Positions 61,158-64,000 of a stretch of DNA of 64,000 nucleotides are shown piece by piece. The translations under genes and the position numbers were made by a program. Every line of letters starts with the position of its first letter. The stretch's first letter is position 1. This DNA comes from an uncultured Collinsella sp. Lineage in GTDB: Bacteria > Actinomycetota > Coriobacteriia > Coriobacteriales > Coriobacteriaceae. The stretch is taken from the NCBI GenBank assembly GCA_937989875.1, contig CALKBO010000028.1, forward strand, positions 1,616-65,615. The letters are read 5' to 3'. Under the pieces are notes generated by a model. It was not told where the DNA came from, searched no databases, and saw only the letters and a program-made list of their open reading frames with translations.

Positions 61158-61952
61158 GTGCAATACGACGAGCATAAACTGGTCGAGTACTTTGCCGACG
61201 CCCCTGCGGGCGTCGGTTTTTCCGACCTTGACCTCAATAACATTCCGCACCATATCTCGTGCATCATGGACGGCAACGGTCGTTGGGCCACGTCGCGCGG
61301 TCTTGCACGCACCGAGGGCCACAAGGCGGGTATCGTCTCGCTGCGCGAGATCATTACCGCCTGCGTGCGCCTGGGCGTCGACGTGCTTTCGGCCTATGCG
61401 TTTTCTACCGAAAACTGGAACCGCCCGCAGCATGAGGTCAACGTCTTGATGCACCTGTTTGCCAAGACGTTTATCGACGAGTTGCCGCTTCTGAAGCGCG
61501 AAAACGTGCGCGTTGTCTTTTTGGGTGATATTTCCGCGCTGCCCAAGAAGACCCGCGACGTTTTTGAACGCGGTCTTGCCGAGTGCGCCGATCACACCGG
61601 TATGACGCTGGCGCTTGCTGTCAACTACGGCGCGCGTGCCGAGATTACCCGCGCTGTCCGTCAGATCGCGCTCGACGTTGCCGCCGGTAAGATTGATCCT
61701 GCCGCAATTGATGACGACACGGTGGCTTCTCACCTTTATACCGCCGGTCTTCCCGATCCTGAGCTTGTGATTCGCACCTCTGGTGAGCTGCGCCTTTCGA
61801 ACTATCTGCTGTGGCAGGTGGCTTATTCCGAGTTCTACGTCACCGATACCTATTGGCCCGACTTTGATCGTTGGGGCCTTGTCGACGCCATTTTGGCCTA
61901 TCAGGGCCGTGACCGTAGGTTTGGTGGTCTGAGCAAGACCGAGGAGGCTTAA
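61158..61952 (+). CDS. uppS: Isoprenyl transferase (undecaprenyl diphosphate synthase)
   Basis: HISCIMDGNGRWA, AFSTENWNRP and IRTSGELRLSNYLLWQ motifs; GTG start. Confidence 0.95.
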   Translation: MQYDEHKLVEYFADAPAGVGFSDLDLNNIPHHISCIMDGNGRWATSRGLARTEGHKAGIVSLREIITACVRLGVDVLSAYAFSTENWNRPQHEVNVLMHLFAKTFIDELPLLKRENVRVVFLGDISALPKKTRDVFERGLAECADHTGMTLALAVNYGARAEITRAVRQIALDVAAGKIDPAAIDDDTVASHLYTAGLPDPELVIRTSGELRLSNYLLWQVAYSEFYVTDTYWPDFDRWGLVDAILAYQGRDRRFGGLSKTEEA

Positions 61953-61954
61953 TC

Positions 61955-62854
61955 GTGTCCGATCGTCCCAAGGCAATTGCTCCCAAGACATCTGAGCGCA
62001 AGGCTGTCGCTGCGGGAGCGCCCGCAGCGAAGAATGGCACCGGTTCGTGGCTTGCCGGCTTTATCACCCGTGCCGCCGCCGGTATCGTCTATGCCGTTGT
62101 CTTTATCCTGTGCCTGGTTTTGGGTATTGTGCCCACGGCCATCTTTGTTTCTGTCATGAGCGGCCTGTGCTGCTATGAGTTTTTCCGTATGACGAGGCTC
62201 GATGGCAAGATGGCTAACGAGCGCATGGGTATCGCTGCCGCCGTACTCTTTCCGCTGTCGGCGTTGGGCGATTCGATGTTGCTGAATGCCCTGCTTTTTG
62301 CCCTGATGCTCGCTGTGGGCATTTGGTATGTTTGGTCGCCGCGTACCCGCATCTCTGATGTGGCCGTGACGCTCATGGGTCCCATCTACACTGGCTTTAT
62401 GCTGTCGGCTATCGTGCTGCTGCGCGATGCCGTGCCCGGTTTTGCCGGCGCCCTGCTTTCGGTGGGCGTTTGCGCGTCCCTTTGGGTCTCCGATTCGTTT
62501 GCCTACATCGTGGGTAGCCGTATCGGCAAGCACAAGATGGTTCCCAAGATCTCTCCCAAAAAGAGCTGGGAGGGGTTTGTCGGCGGCATCCTGGGCTCGG
62601 TTTTGATTTGGCTCATCCTGTGGGCGACGCACTTCTACAAGCTCAGCCTGCCCTATGCGCTGCTGTGCGGCGTGGTCGTGTCCGTCCTGGGCGTTATCGG
62701 AGACCTCATCGAGTCGCGCATCAAGCGCGGTGTGGGCGTTAAGGATTCCGGTAACCTTATCCCGGGCCACGGCGGCATGCTCGATCGTAGCGATTCGCTT
62801 ATCTTTGGCTGCATTACCGGGCAGCTGCTTTTGATGATCGGAGGCGTGCTGTAA
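61955..62854 (+). CDS. cdsA: Phosphatidate cytidylyltransferase
   Basis: Polytopic membrane protein with the C-terminal signature SRIKRGVGVKDSGNLIPGHGGMLDRSDS. Confidence 0.93.
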   Translation: MSDRPKAIAPKTSERKAVAAGAPAAKNGTGSWLAGFITRAAAGIVYAVVFILCLVLGIVPTAIFVSVMSGLCCYEFFRMTRLDGKMANERMGIAAAVLFPLSALGDSMLLNALLFALMLAVGIWYVWSPRTRISDVAVTLMGPIYTGFMLSAIVLLRDAVPGFAGALLSVGVCASLWVSDSFAYIVGSRIGKHKMVPKISPKKSWEGFVGGILGSVLIWLILWATHFYKLSLPYALLCGVVVSVLGVIGDLIESRIKRGVGVKDSGNLIPGHGGMLDRSDSLIFGCITGQLLLMIGGVL

Positions 62855-64000
62855 TGTCCTTCCAGACGACGTATGGCCCCGATGGACGTCTCCGTGTTGC
62901 CATCCTGGGTTGTACGGGCTCTATCGGCACCCAGGCGCTCGATGTGTGCCGCCAGCATGCCGATCGCCTGCAGGTGACGGCGCTGTCCGTTAACTCCAGT
63001 ACCTCCGAGCTCGTTGCCGCTGCCCGCGAGTTCTCGGTTCCGGCGGTTGCCGTGGCCGATGTCGCTCATGGCGATGACGCCGTGCTGCAGGAGTTGCCCG
63101 AGGGAACGAAGCTCGGCGTTGGCGCGCAGGCGGTTTGCGAGCTCGCGCGTCGCGACGATGTCGACTGCGTGCTCGTCGCTATTGTGGGCGCCGCCGGTCT
63201 CGAGGCGAGCCATGCGGCCTTGACCTCGAATAAGCGTCTTGCCCTTGCCAACAAGGAGTCCCTCGTCGTCGGCGGCGACTTGCTTATGCCGTTGGCGCAA
63301 CCGGGCCAGCTTATTCCAGTCGACTCTGAGCACTCCGCCATCTACCAGTGCTATCTGGGGGAGAACCCACGCGAGGCTCATTGTATTTGGCTCACCTGCT
63401 CGGGCGGTCCGTTCTTTGGCCGCACCCGCGACGAGCTCGACCGCGTGACGCGTGCCGATGCCCTCGCACATCCCACGTGGGCCATGGGTGCCAAGATCAC
63501 CATCGACTCCGCCACCCTCATGAACAAGGGCCTGGAGCGCATTGAGGCCATGCATCTGTTTAACTGCGACCTCGATTTCATTAACGTGGTCGTGCAGCGT
63601 CAGTCCAAGATTCACTCTATGGTCGAGTTCGCCGACGGCTCCGTGATGGCGCATCTCGGTGCTTCCGACATGCGTATTCCCATCCAGTTCGCGTTCTCGT
63701 ATCCCGAGCGTTGGGATACCCCGGCGCCTCGTATCGATTTCCGCGAGCTGGGGCAGCTCACGTTTGATGCTGCCGACATGGATACCTTCCGCTGTCTGGC
63801 ACTGGCCGAACGTGCCGGCAAGACGGGTGGCACCATGCCGTGCGTGCTCAATGCCGCCAACGAGGTCGCCGTCGATGCCTTCCTGAACGATGGCTGCAGC
63901 TTTACCGATATCGATCGCATTGTGGAATCCTGCATGGATTCCCACGATATGCAGGCGGTCGATTCGTTTGAGCAGCTTCGCGACATCGATGCATGGGCGC
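62854..64000 (+). CDS. dxr: 1-deoxy-D-xylulose 5-phosphate reductoisomerase; the 3' end runs off the window
   Basis: This ORF is not in the ORF track because no stop codon lies inside the window. My own translation from ATG 62854 (overlapping the cdsA stop, TAATG) gives MSFQTTYGPDGRLRVAILGCTGSIGTQALDV...LANKESLV...DSEHSAI...HPTWAMG. The frame is open to nt 64000. Confidence 0.9.
   Translation, partial: MSFQTTYGPDGRLRVAILGCTGSIGTQALDVCRQHADRLQVTALSVNSSTSELVAAAREFSVPAVAVADVAHGDDAVLQELPEGTKLGVGAQAVCELARRDDVDCVLVAIVGAAGLEASHAALTSNKRLALANKESLVVGGDLLMPLAQPGQLIPVDSEHSAIYQCYLGENPREAHCIWLTCSGGPFFGRTRDELDRVTRADALAHPTWAMGAKITIDSATLMNKGLERIEAMHLFNCDLDFINVVVQRQSKIHSMVEFADGSVMAHLGASDMRIPIQFAFSYPERWDTPAPRIDFRELGQLTFDAADMDTFRCLALAERAGKTGGTMPCVLNAANEVAVDAFLNDGCSFTDIDRIVESCMDSHDMQAVDSFEQLRDIDAWA

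Overview
This is a 64-kb chromosomal segment of a high-GC Gram-positive bacterium. Coding GC is very high but the gene order is Firmicutes-like (rpsP-KH-rimM-trmD ... rplS-rnhB-yraN-comM-dprA-trmFO-xerC-rpsB-tsf-pyrH-frr-uppS-cdsA-dxr). That suggests Actinomycetota, class Coriobacteriia (Collinsella-like), but I cannot verify the taxon without a database. Layout: (1) nt 1-11300 is a compositionally mosaic rhamnose-type cell-wall polysaccharide locus. It holds a DUF2142-like membrane protein, an 808-aa double-GT2 enzyme, rmlA, rmlB, a fused rmlC-rmlD, a GtrB-like GT2 and a Wzm/Wzt-type ABC exporter. (2) tRNA-Arg(TCT). (3) nt 11538-19984, minus strand, is one eight-gene aromatic amino-acid supraoperon: DAHP synthase, tyrA, aroB, aroA, aroC, pheA, an aroE-aroK fusion and aroQ. 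(4) tRNA-Arg(CCG), a P-type cation ATPase, a zinc-ribbon membrane protein, a cyclophilin and a TPR membrane protein. (5) The cell-elongation cluster mreB-mreC-mreD-mrdA-rodA plus a DUF697-like gene. (6) A radical-SAM pair (TIGR03960/TIGR03936 type), then rplU-rpmA-obg-nadD-yqeK-rsfS, with dinB convergent. (7) rpsP-KH-rimM-trmD-lepB-glyQ-glyS, the PPDK regulatory protein and ppdK, then rplS-rnhB-yraN-comM-dprA-trmFO-xerC, and rpsB-tsf-pyrH-frr-uppS-cdsA-dxr (dxr runs off the window end). I found no rRNA, CRISPR array, transposase or prophage genes. The most unusual element is a 1.5-kb AT-rich two-gene cassette (4339-5772) sitting exactly between rmlA and rmlB. It encodes a 149-aa protein with an ABC-type LSGG signature but no P-loop, and a 327-aa minimal P-loop ATPase fused to a Toprim/DUF4435-like module. 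I read it as a horizontally acquired, compact OLD/PARIS/AbiL-like candidate defence or conflict system that I cannot assign to any named system. All functional calls rest on motif recognition in the translated ORFs and on synteny; no searches were run.
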